Positions 25,610-35,001 of a stretch of 56,440 bases of DNA are shown in pieces; positions within the stretch are counted from its first letter, which is position 1, and each line of letters opens with the position of its first letter. The DNA comes from an uncultured Dehalococcoidales bacterium. Its GTDB lineage: Bacteria; Chloroflexota; Dehalococcoidia; Dehalococcoidales; UBA2162. The notes beneath the pieces were generated by a model. It was not told the origin of the DNA. It saw only the letters and a list, made by a program, of their open reading frames with translations, and did not search any database. The stretch is from contig CAZCMK010000001.1 of assembly GCA_964499775.1 (NCBI GenBank), positions 22,243-78,682 of the forward strand. The letters run 5' to 3'. A program made the position numbers and the translations under genes.

Positions 25610-26782
25610 TTACTGCCGGCTGAGAAATTCTTCTTTTATCTTTTCCCGTATCCCTGAATCCGCCAGCACATCAACCACCGTCATCGCCATAGCCTTTGCG
25701 GCATCAAGCATTCCTCTAATGCCCCTCTCAGAGGCGGCAGCGGCAGCGAATTCGGGAGAATGGACCTGTACCTCTTTATCGGCTATAGCTACAAAAGCAT
25801 GAATAGCGGGTACGAGCTGACTTACATTTCCCATGTCGGTACTGGCGTATGCCTGTCCGGCGCTGTCAACCGAGATATTACGTCCCATTGACTCCATATT
25901 GGCGGCATATAAACCTGCCAGTGTCAGGTTATTGCGCATCGGCGCGTAACATACATCATCCCACTTATATTCAAGTCGGGCGCCGGTAGCAGTGGCAGCC
26001 CCGACAAAGCAGTCCAGGACCTTTTCCTTCAATACGCTCAGGTAATCCATATCGGCAGCCCTGACTATAAAATTCCCGGCAGTATAAGCCGGGACAATAT
26101 TGGCCGCTCCTCCGCCGCTGGTAATAATCCCGTGAATGCGTGCCGTGCTTTTAATGTGCTGACGCAGCGAGTTGATGGCAGCAAAGGAAAGGAGTATTGC
26201 CTCCAGGGCATTAATACCCTGTTCCGGTCCGGCGGCGGCATGTGCTGCTTTTCCGAAGAACTCGATATCGAGGGTCTGGCAGGCGAGTGCTTCGGTGGTG
26301 GCATCATCGCTCGTCCCGGGGTGTATCATCATAGCCATATCCAGACCGTCGAAGGCTCCTCTTTCCGCCATTAATATTTTACCGCCGTATAGTTCTTCTG
26401 CCGGCGTGCCGATAACGAGAATGGTGCCGCCAAGCTGGTCGACGGCACTTCTGGAAGCAATTCCGGCTCCGACGGCGCTGGTAGCTATGATATTATGCCC
26501 GCAGGCATGACCCAACTCAGGCAACGCATCATACTCGGCGAGAATAGCTATAACCGGTTTCCCTGTGCCGTAGCTTGCCTTAAAAGAAGTTTTTAGCTGG
26601 CAGATACCTTTTCCGATAGTGAAGCTGTTTTTTTCAAGGTATTCCGTCAACCAGCCGGCTGCCTTTACCTCATCGAAACCAAGCTCGGGATTGGAGTGGA
26701 TTTTCAGGCAGAGTTCGGCTAACTCATCCCGTCTTGTTTCTATTTCGTTTTGAATCGATTCTTTTAATCTTTTAATATCCAT
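25610..26782 (-). CDS. M20 family metallopeptidase / amidohydrolase (AbgB-like)
   Basis: 390 aa. GHACGHN metal-binding motif and PAEE motif, with the dimerisation-domain arrangement typical of M20D. Confidence 0.8.
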   Translation of the reverse strand: MDIKRLKESIQNEIETRRDELAELCLKIHSNPELGFDEVKAAGWLTEYLEKNSFTIGKGICQLKTSFKASYGTGKPVIAILAEYDALPELGHACGHNIIATSAVGAGIASRSAVDQLGGTILVIGTPAEELYGGKILMAERGAFDGLDMAMMIHPGTSDDATTEALACQTLDIEFFGKAAHAAAGPEQGINALEAILLSFAAINSLRQHIKSTARIHGIITSGGGAANIVPAYTAGNFIVRAADMDYLSVLKEKVLDCFVGAATATGARLEYKWDDVCYAPMRNNLTLAGLYAANMESMGRNISVDSAGQAYASTDMGNVSQLVPAIHAFVAIADKEVQVHSPEFAAAAASERGIRGMLDAAKAMAMTVVDVLADSGIREKIKEEFLSRQ

Positions 26783-26917
26783 GTTCGCCTGCGGGAAAAA
26801 ACAAAGTAACTCCTATTATAGCCCAACAGAGGTATAATTTCTAGGTTCGGGTGTAGTTAAATCGGCGGCATAAGCTGTTCATCCAGTTATAATTTTAGTT
26901 GATTGGCACTTGCTTAC

Positions 26918-27100
26918 CTCACCCCTTACCCCTCTCCAGCCAGTATCATCGAAAATAAAAGAAAATTATTCGGGCTGGAGAGAGGAGTAAAAAAGAGAGG
27001 GGGCTTCGTCCCCTCTCTAGAATTCTCTCCCCCTTTCACGCAGTCGAATATCTACTTAGGGAAATTAGGTGCTGCGTGAGAGGGGGATTAAGGGGGTGAG
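26918..27100. repeat. MITE-like structured palindromic element, family C copy 2 (intact)
   Basis: Termini CTCACCCCTTACCCCTCTC (26918-26936) and GAGAGGGGGATTAAGGGGGTGAG (27078-27100). It has the same three internal stems as 95-355, with divergent loops. Confidence 0.75.
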
Positions 27101-27192
27101 CACAAAACACAATTGAAACAGAACAATATCTCTATTGAATGGAAGCTGATACCAGAGTAGAATAATCCAACAATGAGACAAAGGAAAAACAA

Positions 27193-27780
27193 TTGGCTCA
27201 AATATTTTTATTTATAGGAACTATCCTCATAGCATTTCAGATAGTAAGTGATATTGGATACCTAGCATCAGTATCTGCTTTACCATTCGCTTACCCAGTC
27301 AGCATAACAATGAAAAAAGTAGGATTAAGAATTTGGAGGGCATCTAGAACCAATATTGGTTATCGTATTGATAACATCCCCAAAAGGTCCGTTAGAGATT
27401 GGTTTAGATTCATTATGTGGTGGGTAATATTCATAATTTCATTTAGTATATTGGCAGTCATCACATTAGTAACTCAGCCCGTAATGATTGTTTACATAGT
27501 AGTCGGTAGAACACTATTCGCTATAAATCGATTTCTCAATTATGTTTACGAATATTCGTTTGCCCCTTGGGAAATCATTTACCTAGTAATGACACAAAGG
27601 TCTATAGACTTAATGAAAATTATATCGATGAAAATATTCAAAAGAAATTTCTTAAAAAAGAGATATTCAGATAAAGCCATCAGAAGAATAAGAAAGAAAA
27701 AGGGTGAACTTCCTTTTGTTGCTTTTATCGGATTGGTATTTGTCATTGCAGGCTTTGTATTACAGGTAGTTAGTAATTAA
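27193..27780 (+). CDS. orphan polytopic membrane protein in an AT-rich island
   Basis: 195 aa with 4-5 predicted TM helices and a basic loop KRNFLKKRYSDKAIRRIRKKKG. TTG start after AAGGA. The local GC is visibly much lower than in the flanks. I recognise no family. Confidence 0.5.
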   Translation: MAQIFLFIGTILIAFQIVSDIGYLASVSALPFAYPVSITMKKVGLRIWRASRTNIGYRIDNIPKRSVRDWFRFIMWWVIFIISFSILAVITLVTQPVMIVYIVVGRTLFAINRFLNYVYEYSFAPWEIIYLVMTQRSIDLMKIISMKIFKRNFLKKRYSDKAIRRIRKKKGELPFVAFIGLVFVIAGFVLQVVSN

Positions 27781-27843
27781 CCGCTCAAAAATTCTAGCAA
27801 CGTAAAACGAACAGAACCATGCCTTGCATTTTATGGATAAGTG

Positions 27844-27852
27844 TGATATACT
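27844..27852 (+). promoter_or_regulatory. putative extended -10 element (TGaTATACT) in the nusA leader
   Basis: TGATATACT lies 80 nt upstream of the nusA ATG and 15 nt upstream of the hairpin at 27867. Confidence 0.3.
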
Positions 27853-27866
27853 AACTCTTGATATTA

Positions 27867-27890
27867 AGTGGGTCTTGTCCCCACTTTTTT
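27867..27890 (+). terminator. intrinsic terminator / possible attenuator
   Basis: AGTGGG-TCTTGTC-CCCACT followed by TTTTT. It is downstream of the orphan gene and upstream of nusA. Confidence 0.55.
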
Positions 27891-27931
27891 CATTATAGTG
27901 GAATATTTAGGAATGGAGGTCCTGAACCGAG

Positions 27932-29404
27932 ATGAAGAGCGATTTTCTGCTCGCTATAACACAAATCTCGGCTGAGAAGAACCTGCCCAGCGAAGTAGTC
28001 CTATCCACGGTTGAGGCAGCCCTGGTATCAGCCTACAGGAAGGATAATTTTTACCCCAACCAGGAGCTTTCGGTAAAGATTAATCCTACCAGCGGCAAGA
28101 TACAGGTCTGGGCGGAAAAAACCGTTGTGGAAAACCCGTCTGACTTTGTATGCGAGATATCACTGGAAGAAGCACGCAAGATAAATACGGACGTGGAGTT
28201 AGATGAGACCGTTATGGTAGAAGCTACTCCCAGTAATGCCGGGCGTATTGCCGCTCAGACAGCGAAGCAGGTTATCCTTCAGCGTCTTCATGAAGCAGAA
28301 CACAGCGCCATATTCGAGGAGTACGCCGGCAGAGAGGGTGAAATCGTCACCGGAATGGTACAGCGTATCGAGCCGAGGCAGATACTGGTGGACCTGGGCA
28401 GAACCGAGGCGATATTGCCTTCCGCCGAACAGGTACCCGGTGAAAGATACCGGATAGGGCAGAGACTCAAGGCAAGCATCCTGGAGGTAGTCCGAACCAA
28501 TAAGGGGCCCCGGGTAATACTTACGCGTTCGCATCCCGATTTACTGCGACGACTCTTCGAGATGGAAATCCCGGAGATTTTCAACGGGACCGTTGTCCTG
28601 GAATCGATTGCCCGTGAAGCCGGGTACAGGAGTAAAATCGCCGTATCGGCACGCCAGGAGGGTATCGACCCGGTAGGCTGCTGCGTGGGATTGCGGGGCA
28701 TCAGAATTCAAAACATAGTTAATGAACTGAACGGTGAAAAAATAGACGTTGTCGTCTGGCACAAAGACCTGGCGGCCTTTATCGCCAATGCTCTCAGTCC
28801 CGCCCAGACATCGAACGTTACACTCGATGAGAGGGAAGGCGTAGCCAACGTGGTCGTCCCCGACAGGCAGCTATCATTGGCTATCGGTAAAGAAGGGCAG
28901 AACGTCAGACTTGCCGCTAAACTCACCGGGTGGCGGATAGATATTAAAAGCGCTTCAGAAGCCGAGGCGGAAAAAGCGGAGATGGAGGAAGCTCAGGTTC
29001 CTGCCGAAGCTAAAGAAGAAGCCGAACCGGAACCCGAGGCAGCAGAGGAAGAAGTCGTAATAGATGAACGAATCCTGGAGGAAATCCCAGATATACTCGA
29101 GCCGGTCCTCGATGCCGAAGAGAAGGAAGAAGTAGAAGAGGAGGAAGAGGAAGGCGAGCCGATGCCGGCTCTCGATGGTGAACTGGTTGTTTCCGCTGCT
29201 TCTTTCGAACAAGCAGCGCCGGAAAAACCTTCGCTACGGTTTGCCGAAGATATCATGGTATCGGCACCGATCAAGGCAAGCACAAAGACCAAAAAGAAGA
29301 AAAAGAAAGGTTCTCAGGATAAAGACAGCGAGGAAGGCCAAGGCAGAGGCAGGAAAGCGCAGCATAAGATAGACTTAACCGATTATGAAGATGACGAGTA
29401 CTAG
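27932..29404 (+). CDS. nusA: transcription termination/antitermination factor NusA with an acidic/lysine-rich C-terminal tail
   Basis: 490 aa. NusA N-terminal domain, S1 and two KH domains ([50 protein letters not shown]), then a low-complexity E/K tail. Confidence 0.95.
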   Translation: MKSDFLLAITQISAEKNLPSEVVLSTVEAALVSAYRKDNFYPNQELSVKINPTSGKIQVWAEKTVVENPSDFVCEISLEEARKINTDVELDETVMVEATPSNAGRIAAQTAKQVILQRLHEAEHSAIFEEYAGREGEIVTGMVQRIEPRQILVDLGRTEAILPSAEQVPGERYRIGQRLKASILEVVRTNKGPRVILTRSHPDLLRRLFEMEIPEIFNGTVVLESIAREAGYRSKIAVSARQEGIDPVGCCVGLRGIRIQNIVNELNGEKIDVVVWHKDLAAFIANALSPAQTSNVTLDEREGVANVVVPDRQLSLAIGKEGQNVRLAAKLTGWRIDIKSASEAEAEKAEMEEAQVPAEAKEEAEPEPEAAEEEVVIDERILEEIPDILEPVLDAEEKEEVEEEEEEGEPMPALDGELVVSAASFEQAAPEKPSLRFAEDIMVSAPIKASTKTKKKKKKGSQDKDSEEGQGRGRKAQHKIDLTDYEDDEY

Positions 29405-29690
29405 ACAGAATACCACCAGGCACGTACCCCAGCGTACCTGCATTGCCTGTCGGCAGGTTAAAGACAAGCAGAAGCTGGTCCGGCTGGTTCGTGCCGCGGA
29501 CGGGAGTATAGAGGTAGATACCGCCTGTAACAAGGCGGGACGGGGCGCATATTTATGCCGGAACGAGGAGTGCTGGGAAGCCGGATGCAAGGGTAATCGG
29601 CTGGAATATTCCCTACGAACCAGCCTTAATCAGGACAGCCGACAGCGACTCCTGGGCCGGCTGAGAGAAGTTATACCGGAGGACGATTAG
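29385..29690 (+). CDS. ylxR: YlxR/RnpM family (DUF448) RNA-binding protein
   Basis: 101 aa. RTCIACRQVKDKQKLVRLV and GRGAYLC motifs. Overlaps the nusA 3-prime end by 20 nt. Confidence 0.85.
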   Translation: MKMTSTRQNTTRHVPQRTCIACRQVKDKQKLVRLVRAADGSIEVDTACNKAGRGAYLCRNEECWEAGCKGNRLEYSLRTSLNQDSRQRLLGRLREVIPEDD

Positions 29691-31532
29691 TTGGCAGAGG
29701 TAAGCAAGCAGGAAAAGGTATCGAAATCATCGGCTAAAGAGGCAGGTTCTTCTTCAACGAAAGCCCGAAAGCTCGAGATACCGGACAGCTTAAGCGTAAA
29801 ACAGCTAGCCGACCTTTTAGAGGTCAGCGCCGTGGAAGTCATCAAACAACTGATGAGGAACGGCATCATGGCCAACATCAACCAGGCTGTTGATTACGAA
29901 GCTGCCTCTGCAATTGTGTCCAATTTCGGTTTCGAGGCTACCTTGAAATCCCGGCCCGGTCGGAAATCGTCCAGCGTTATCAGAGAGATAAAGAACCAGC
30001 AACTCCTGCAGGACAAGGACCACAGCGGGTTAAAACCACGCCCTGCGGTAATTACCGTCATGGGCCATGTCGACCACGGAAAGACCAGGCTGCTGGATGC
30101 CATCCGGAAGACCAACGTGATGGACTCCGAAGCCGGAGGCATTACCCAGCATATAGGCGCCTATCAGGTGGAAATCGAAGGACAAAAAATCACATTCCTG
30201 GATACTCCGGGGCATGAAGCCTTCACAGCGATGCGTGCGCGGGGAGCCCAGGTAACAGATATTACAATACTGGTGGTGGCTGCCGATGACGGAATAATGC
30301 CGCAGACCCTCGAAGCGATAGACCATGCCAGAGCGGCAGGAGTACCAATAGTCGTGGCAATCAATAAAATTGACAAAGACGAGGCAAATCCGGAGCTCGT
30401 TAAACAGCAGCTTGCCGACGCCGGACTGGTTATCGAAGAGTGGGGAGGCGACACTATCAGTGTTCTCATTTCCGCCAAGGAAAGGACGGGTATCCAGGAC
30501 CTTCTCGAGAACCTGTTGATTGTAGCTGAGATGGAGGAGCTGAAGGCAGACCCCTCCAAACCGGCGGTTGGCGTGATTATAGAGTCAGAAATGGACAAGA
30601 CAAAAGGAGCGGTTGCCACCGTGCTGGTACATGATGGAACACTGAAGGTCGGCGATACGGTAGTCGTCGGTAATACCTGGGGCAGAATAAAGGCTATGTT
30701 CAATGACGTGGGTAAACAGGTTAGAAAAGCCGGCCCTGCCGTCCCCGTGGAAATACTGGGTTTAAGCGCCGTCTCACAGGTAGGCGATACTCTGACTGCC
30801 GTCTCCAGCGAAAAACAGGCAAAAGACCAGGTTGCGAAAAACCAGGCAAAAATCCAGGAGGAGACAGTAGCGGCGATAAAATCGGTCAGCCTAAGCAATC
30901 TCTTCGACCAGGTAAGTACCGGAAAGGTGAAAGAACTTGCCGTTGTCCTCAAGACCGACGTACAGGGCAGCATCGAGCCGATAAAGAGTTCTCTAGAGCA
31001 ACTGGGAACGGATGAAGTCAAGGTCAGGGTAATACACAGCAGCAGCGGTAATGTTACCGAGAGTGACGTTATGCTGGCTATCGCATCAAAAGGAATAATC
31101 ATCGGTTTTAGTACCACCTCCGAGCCGGGCGCCCAGCGGTTAGCCGAGCTCGAGGGCGTGAATATCCGTTATTATGATGTTATCTATAACCTTCAGGAGG
31201 ATGTGAGTAAGGCTCTTACAGGTATGCTTGAACCTTCGCTGGTAGAGGTTATCTCCGGCCGGGCGGAAGTCCGGGCGGTCTTTACCAGCGGGAAGAAAGA
31301 CAGGATTGCCGGTGTTTATGTTGTAGAAGGACAGATACGCCGGGGAGATTCCGTGAGGGTGATACGGCAGGAAGAAACCATTAACGAGACCGTCGTCGCC
31401 AGTCTGAGACGCTTCAAAGACGATGTCAGGGAGGTAGCCGCCGGTTACGAATGCGGATTAGGTCTCAGAGATTTCGATGATTTTGAGGCTGGAGATAGGC
31501 TGGAGTTCTTCAGAATCGAGGAGGTGAGGTAG
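29691..31532 (+). CDS. infB: translation initiation factor IF-2
   Basis: 613 aa. G-domain [18 protein letters not shown] and NKID motifs. TTG start immediately after the ylxR stop. Confidence 0.95.
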   Translation: MAEVSKQEKVSKSSAKEAGSSSTKARKLEIPDSLSVKQLADLLEVSAVEVIKQLMRNGIMANINQAVDYEAASAIVSNFGFEATLKSRPGRKSSSVIREIKNQQLLQDKDHSGLKPRPAVITVMGHVDHGKTRLLDAIRKTNVMDSEAGGITQHIGAYQVEIEGQKITFLDTPGHEAFTAMRARGAQVTDITILVVAADDGIMPQTLEAIDHARAAGVPIVVAINKIDKDEANPELVKQQLADAGLVIEEWGGDTISVLISAKERTGIQDLLENLLIVAEMEELKADPSKPAVGVIIESEMDKTKGAVATVLVHDGTLKVGDTVVVGNTWGRIKAMFNDVGKQVRKAGPAVPVEILGLSAVSQVGDTLTAVSSEKQAKDQVAKNQAKIQEETVAAIKSVSLSNLFDQVSTGKVKELAVVLKTDVQGSIEPIKSSLEQLGTDEVKVRVIHSSSGNVTESDVMLAIASKGIIIGFSTTSEPGAQRLAELEGVNIRYYDVIYNLQEDVSKALTGMLEPSLVEVISGRAEVRAVFTSGKKDRIAGVYVVEGQIRRGDSVRVIRQEETINETVVASLRRFKDDVREVAAGYECGLGLRDFDDFEAGDRLEFFRIEEVR

Positions 31533-31544
31533 GGGGTAACGACT

Positions 31545-31898
31545 GTGTCACATCGCATTGAACGGTTGAACAGCCTGATTCGTCAGGAAATAAGTGAATT
31601 ACTGCAACGCCAAGTCAAAGACCCGCGACTTGGCAGTTTTATTGCCGTAACCGAGGTCAGTACCACACCGGACCTGAGATACGCCAAGGTCTACGTTAGC
31701 CGCATTGGAGGCGAGGAAGATAAGCAGGAAGTGCTGAAGGTCCTGGCTTCCGCTTCAGGATTTTTCCGCAGAGAACTGGCAAAGAGTCTCAAACTGCGGC
31801 GTACCCCTGAGCTGAGCTTTCAGTGGGATGATTCTATTGAAAAAGGCTCACGTCTTTTACAACTCATTGATGAGGTTATCAATCAGGAAGACGAGTAA
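31545..31898 (+). CDS. rbfA: ribosome-binding factor A
   Basis: 117 aa. RIERLNSLIRQEISELL and DPRL...VTEVSTTPDLRYAKVY motifs. Confidence 0.9.
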   Translation: MSHRIERLNSLIRQEISELLQRQVKDPRLGSFIAVTEVSTTPDLRYAKVYVSRIGGEEDKQEVLKVLASASGFFRRELAKSLKLRRTPELSFQWDDSIEKGSRLLQLIDEVINQEDE

Positions 31899-31916
31899 AA
31901 AGACCGCTGATTAACG

Positions 31917-32837
31917 ATGGACGGTATTATCAATATCAATAAACCCGCAGGAATGACCTCTTTCGGAGTGGTAGCCGCGGTAAAACGGCTTTCCGGAGAG
32001 AAGCGTGTTGGGCACGCCGGCACTCTCGACCCGGCAGCTACGGGGGTTCTGCCGGTCTGCCTGGGCCAGGGGACGCGTGTCACCGAATTCCTTATGGACA
32101 GCACCAAGGCTTACCGGGCCGAGATTCAACTCGGTTCGTCCACCGATACGTATGACGCTTCAGGAAAGACAACTATGGAGGGCGACGCTTCCGGTATAGA
32201 CCTGACCCGGCTGGAATCAGCCCTTTCCTCTTTTCGCGGTGTAATACAACAGGTACCGCCGGCTTACAGCGCAGTAAAACACAGGGGCAGACCGCTCTAT
32301 AAACTTGCCAGAGCGGGGGTCACGGTGGAGAGAAAAAGCAGGCCGGTGACAATCCACAGCCTCGAAATCACGGGCTGGCAGCCGCCCGTAGTGACCGTGG
32401 AAATAGTCTGCGGTAAGGGTACATACATACGCTCTATTGCCGATGATTTAGGGCAGGTCCTCGGCTGCGGAGCCCATTTGAAGAGCCTGGTCCGTCTGCG
32501 TTGTGGACTTTTCGATATAAGAGATGCCGTCTCTTTACAGGAGCTCGAGCGTGCTTTCAGCTGCGGTTACTGGCACCATTTTGTCTATCCGATAGACAGC
32601 GTACTTCTGCACTGGGCAGCTATGGTTGTGGATGATAATGCCCGGCAGGATATACTGAACGGCAAGCCTCTGGAAATGAAGGGTGATAACAGAGAAAACA
32701 CACAGCCGGAACCCAGTGTAACAGCAGCTCCCGCCGGGACCCGCTGCCGTGTTTACGCTCTCGACGGACGCTTCCTGGGCGTGCTGCGTTTCAACGCCGA
32801 AAAAGAACACTGGCAGCCGGATAAAGTATTTCGGTAA
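31917..32837 (+). CDS. truB: tRNA pseudouridine(55) synthase
   Basis: 306 aa. GIININKPAGMTSF, GHAGTLDP and QVPPAYSAVK motifs. Confidence 0.95.
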   Translation: MDGIININKPAGMTSFGVVAAVKRLSGEKRVGHAGTLDPAATGVLPVCLGQGTRVTEFLMDSTKAYRAEIQLGSSTDTYDASGKTTMEGDASGIDLTRLESALSSFRGVIQQVPPAYSAVKHRGRPLYKLARAGVTVERKSRPVTIHSLEITGWQPPVVTVEIVCGKGTYIRSIADDLGQVLGCGAHLKSLVRLRCGLFDIRDAVSLQELERAFSCGYWHHFVYPIDSVLLHWAAMVVDDNARQDILNGKPLEMKGDNRENTQPEPSVTAAPAGTRCRVYALDGRFLGVLRFNAEKEHWQPDKVFR

Positions 32838-32976
32838 AAAATACCCTTGTTATTATTCTCCCGAGACACAATAAGGGTTGACGGGGTTCGTTTAAGAGGA
32901 ATATAGTTCAAGCGATACCAAAGTATACAGAATAAGTAAAGGCTAATCAGCGTTATACGGTTTTTTCCTTTTTTAC

Positions 32977-33005
32977 GGGACAATCAGGCAAAATAGTAGT
33001 ATAAT
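32977..33005 (+). promoter_or_regulatory. putative sigma-70-type promoter (GGGACA-17-TATAAT) with a 146-nt leader before the glycosyltransferase gene
   Basis: Hexamers read directly; the leader contains the inverted repeat CGGAGT...ACTCCG (33016-33051). Confidence 0.3.
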
Positions 33006-33151
33006 CTTTGTGGCTCCGGAGTTTCGTTTCTTACGATTGGCGGAGGACTCCGTTGACATTGAAAGCAGTGAAGAGACCGCCTCTGCTAAAAAGTACTATA
33101 AAGGATAAAGTAAAGTCCTGAATAACGCGTTTCGAGGCAAGGTTAACCGGT

Positions 33152-34288
33152 ATGAAGATAGCTTTAGTCTCCCCTTATGACTTTGCTTTTCCCGGTGGTG
33201 TGACCAGCCATATCTCATCACTGGAACTTTACCTTACCAGGATGGGTCACGAGGTTAAGGTTATTGCCCCGGCATCGAAAGAAGTACCCATCTTCGGAGA
33301 CAGGTTCATACCTATCGGCAAGCCCCGCCCTATCCCCAGCAGCGGTTCCGTTATCCGGGTCAGTATCTCACTGCACCTGGCTCCTGCCATCAAAGAAGCC
33401 CTTGCCAGGGAGAAATTCGACATAATTCACCTGCATGAGCCGTTTATGCCGATGCTCTGCAGCGCCGTGCTGCGTTTCTCAGATGCCACGAATATCGGCA
33501 CCTTTCATGCCTGGGATGGAAAGCCGGGTTATAACTGTGGTAAACCTATCAGTACCTGGATGATAAAAAGAAGGCTGCACAAGCTTCACGGCAGGATTGC
33601 CGTATCGAATATGGCGATGGCTTACGCCCGGAGATATATTCCGGGAGATTATACAATCATCCCGAACGGTATCGATGTGGAGAGGTTTTCTCCGGATGTA
33701 GAGCCTATCGAGGAGTTCTGCGACGGTAAACAGAATATACTATTTCTCGGACGACTGGAACGACGTAAGGGCGCTATATACCTGATAAAGGCTTATCACG
33801 AGGTGAAGAAACAGGTCCCGAACTCCAGGTTAATCATCGCCGGACCCGGTACCAGGCTCCGCAAGCCGTATGAAAAGTGGATCAGGAACCAGGGGCTGGA
33901 GGATGTTGTTTTCATCGGCTACGTATCCGAGGAGGATAAACCCCGGTACTTTAAGACGGCCGACGTTTACTGTTCACCGGCAACTTCACGTGAAAGTTTC
34001 GGAATAGTACTGCTCGAGGCTATGGCGGTGGGCAAACCGGTTATCGCCAGCAATATAGACGGTTACTCCAGCGTCATAACTCACGGGCAGGACGGACTGC
34101 TGGTACCTCCGAGAGATACAAGCAGTCTTACTCATACTCTGGTCTCTCTCCTGAAAGATAAAAAGCTCCAGCAGGAACTATCTAAAAAGGCGAGACTTAC
34201 CGCCGAGACTTATAGCTGGCAAAGTATTGCCCAGAGAGTCAATGATTACTATAATAAAGTGCTTGAAGAACGCGGTATAAGACTTTAG
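33152..34288 (+). CDS. GT4-family glycosyltransferase (PimA-like mannosyltransferase)
   Basis: 378 aa. GGVTSHI N-terminus and C-terminal E-x7-E region ESFGIVLLEAMAVGKPVIAS. Confidence 0.8.
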   Translation: MKIALVSPYDFAFPGGVTSHISSLELYLTRMGHEVKVIAPASKEVPIFGDRFIPIGKPRPIPSSGSVIRVSISLHLAPAIKEALAREKFDIIHLHEPFMPMLCSAVLRFSDATNIGTFHAWDGKPGYNCGKPISTWMIKRRLHKLHGRIAVSNMAMAYARRYIPGDYTIIPNGIDVERFSPDVEPIEEFCDGKQNILFLGRLERRKGAIYLIKAYHEVKKQVPNSRLIIAGPGTRLRKPYEKWIRNQGLEDVVFIGYVSEEDKPRYFKTADVYCSPATSRESFGIVLLEAMAVGKPVIASNIDGYSSVITHGQDGLLVPPRDTSSLTHTLVSLLKDKKLQQELSKKARLTAETYSWQSIAQRVNDYYNKVLEERGIRL

Positions 34289-34345
34289 CACGGCGGATTA
34301 CGGAAAGAGTAAGTTTCAGATAAGGTGATATAAAAGGATATTTGC

Positions 34346-34981
34346 GTGAGTACTGAGAAGGTCATTCCCCGAAAACAAAGGAAAGTGACTAAATTACCCG
34401 AAATTCGTAAAAATATAGCCTCCTCGCTTACAAAATCGGTAGTCAGGCTTTTTTCCAGGACATTCATAACTCCCAACATTCTAACCCTGTTCGGGTTCGC
34501 TTTGACACTGGGCGCTACGGCTCTAATAGTTACCGGAAACCTTTTTGCCTCCGGTTTCGTGGTACTGGTTGCCGGTTTCTTCGATATGCTGGACGGAGCA
34601 TTAGCCCGGATTACGGACCAGGTTACCAGGTTCGGCGCCATTCTCGACTCTACGCTCGACCGATTATCCGAGGCTGCACTAATGCTGGGCATACTGGTGG
34701 TATTCGCTCAGGAACAATCGGTCCTCGGAATTTCAATAACCGGCGCAGCCTTGATTTTTTCCTTTCTGGTGAGTTATATTAGGTCGAGGGCGGAGGCTTC
34801 TGGTCTGGAATGTGAGGTAGGCCTGTTCACCCGGCCGGAGAGAGTAATTATGCTGGCACTCGGCCTTTTACTCAGCCGGTACGATTATGCCCTGACTGCG
34901 GCTCTGGGAATTGTGGCGGTCTTCAGTCTGATAACTGCCAGCCAGAGGCTTTTTCATGTCTGGCGACAGACGAGAAAATAA
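34346..34981 (+). CDS. CDP-alcohol phosphatidyltransferase
   Basis: 211 aa. Signature DMLDGALAR-x8-G-x3-D-x3-D (FFDMLDGALARITDQVTRFGAILDSTLDR). GTG start. Confidence 0.85.
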   Translation: MSTEKVIPRKQRKVTKLPEIRKNIASSLTKSVVRLFSRTFITPNILTLFGFALTLGATALIVTGNLFASGFVVLVAGFFDMLDGALARITDQVTRFGAILDSTLDRLSEAALMLGILVVFAQEQSVLGISITGAALIFSFLVSYIRSRAEASGLECEVGLFTRPERVIMLALGLLLSRYDYALTAALGIVAVFSLITASQRLFHVWRQTRK

Positions 34982-35001
34982 CTACCTTTCGGAGGTAAAC
35001 T

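Noticed and set aside
32838-33151. Riboswitch or small RNA in the 314-nt truB/glycosyltransferase spacer
   Set aside because: Only a simple inverted repeat and a plausible promoter are visible, with no match to any riboswitch core I can recall. It is kept only as a note under the glycosyltransferase finding.
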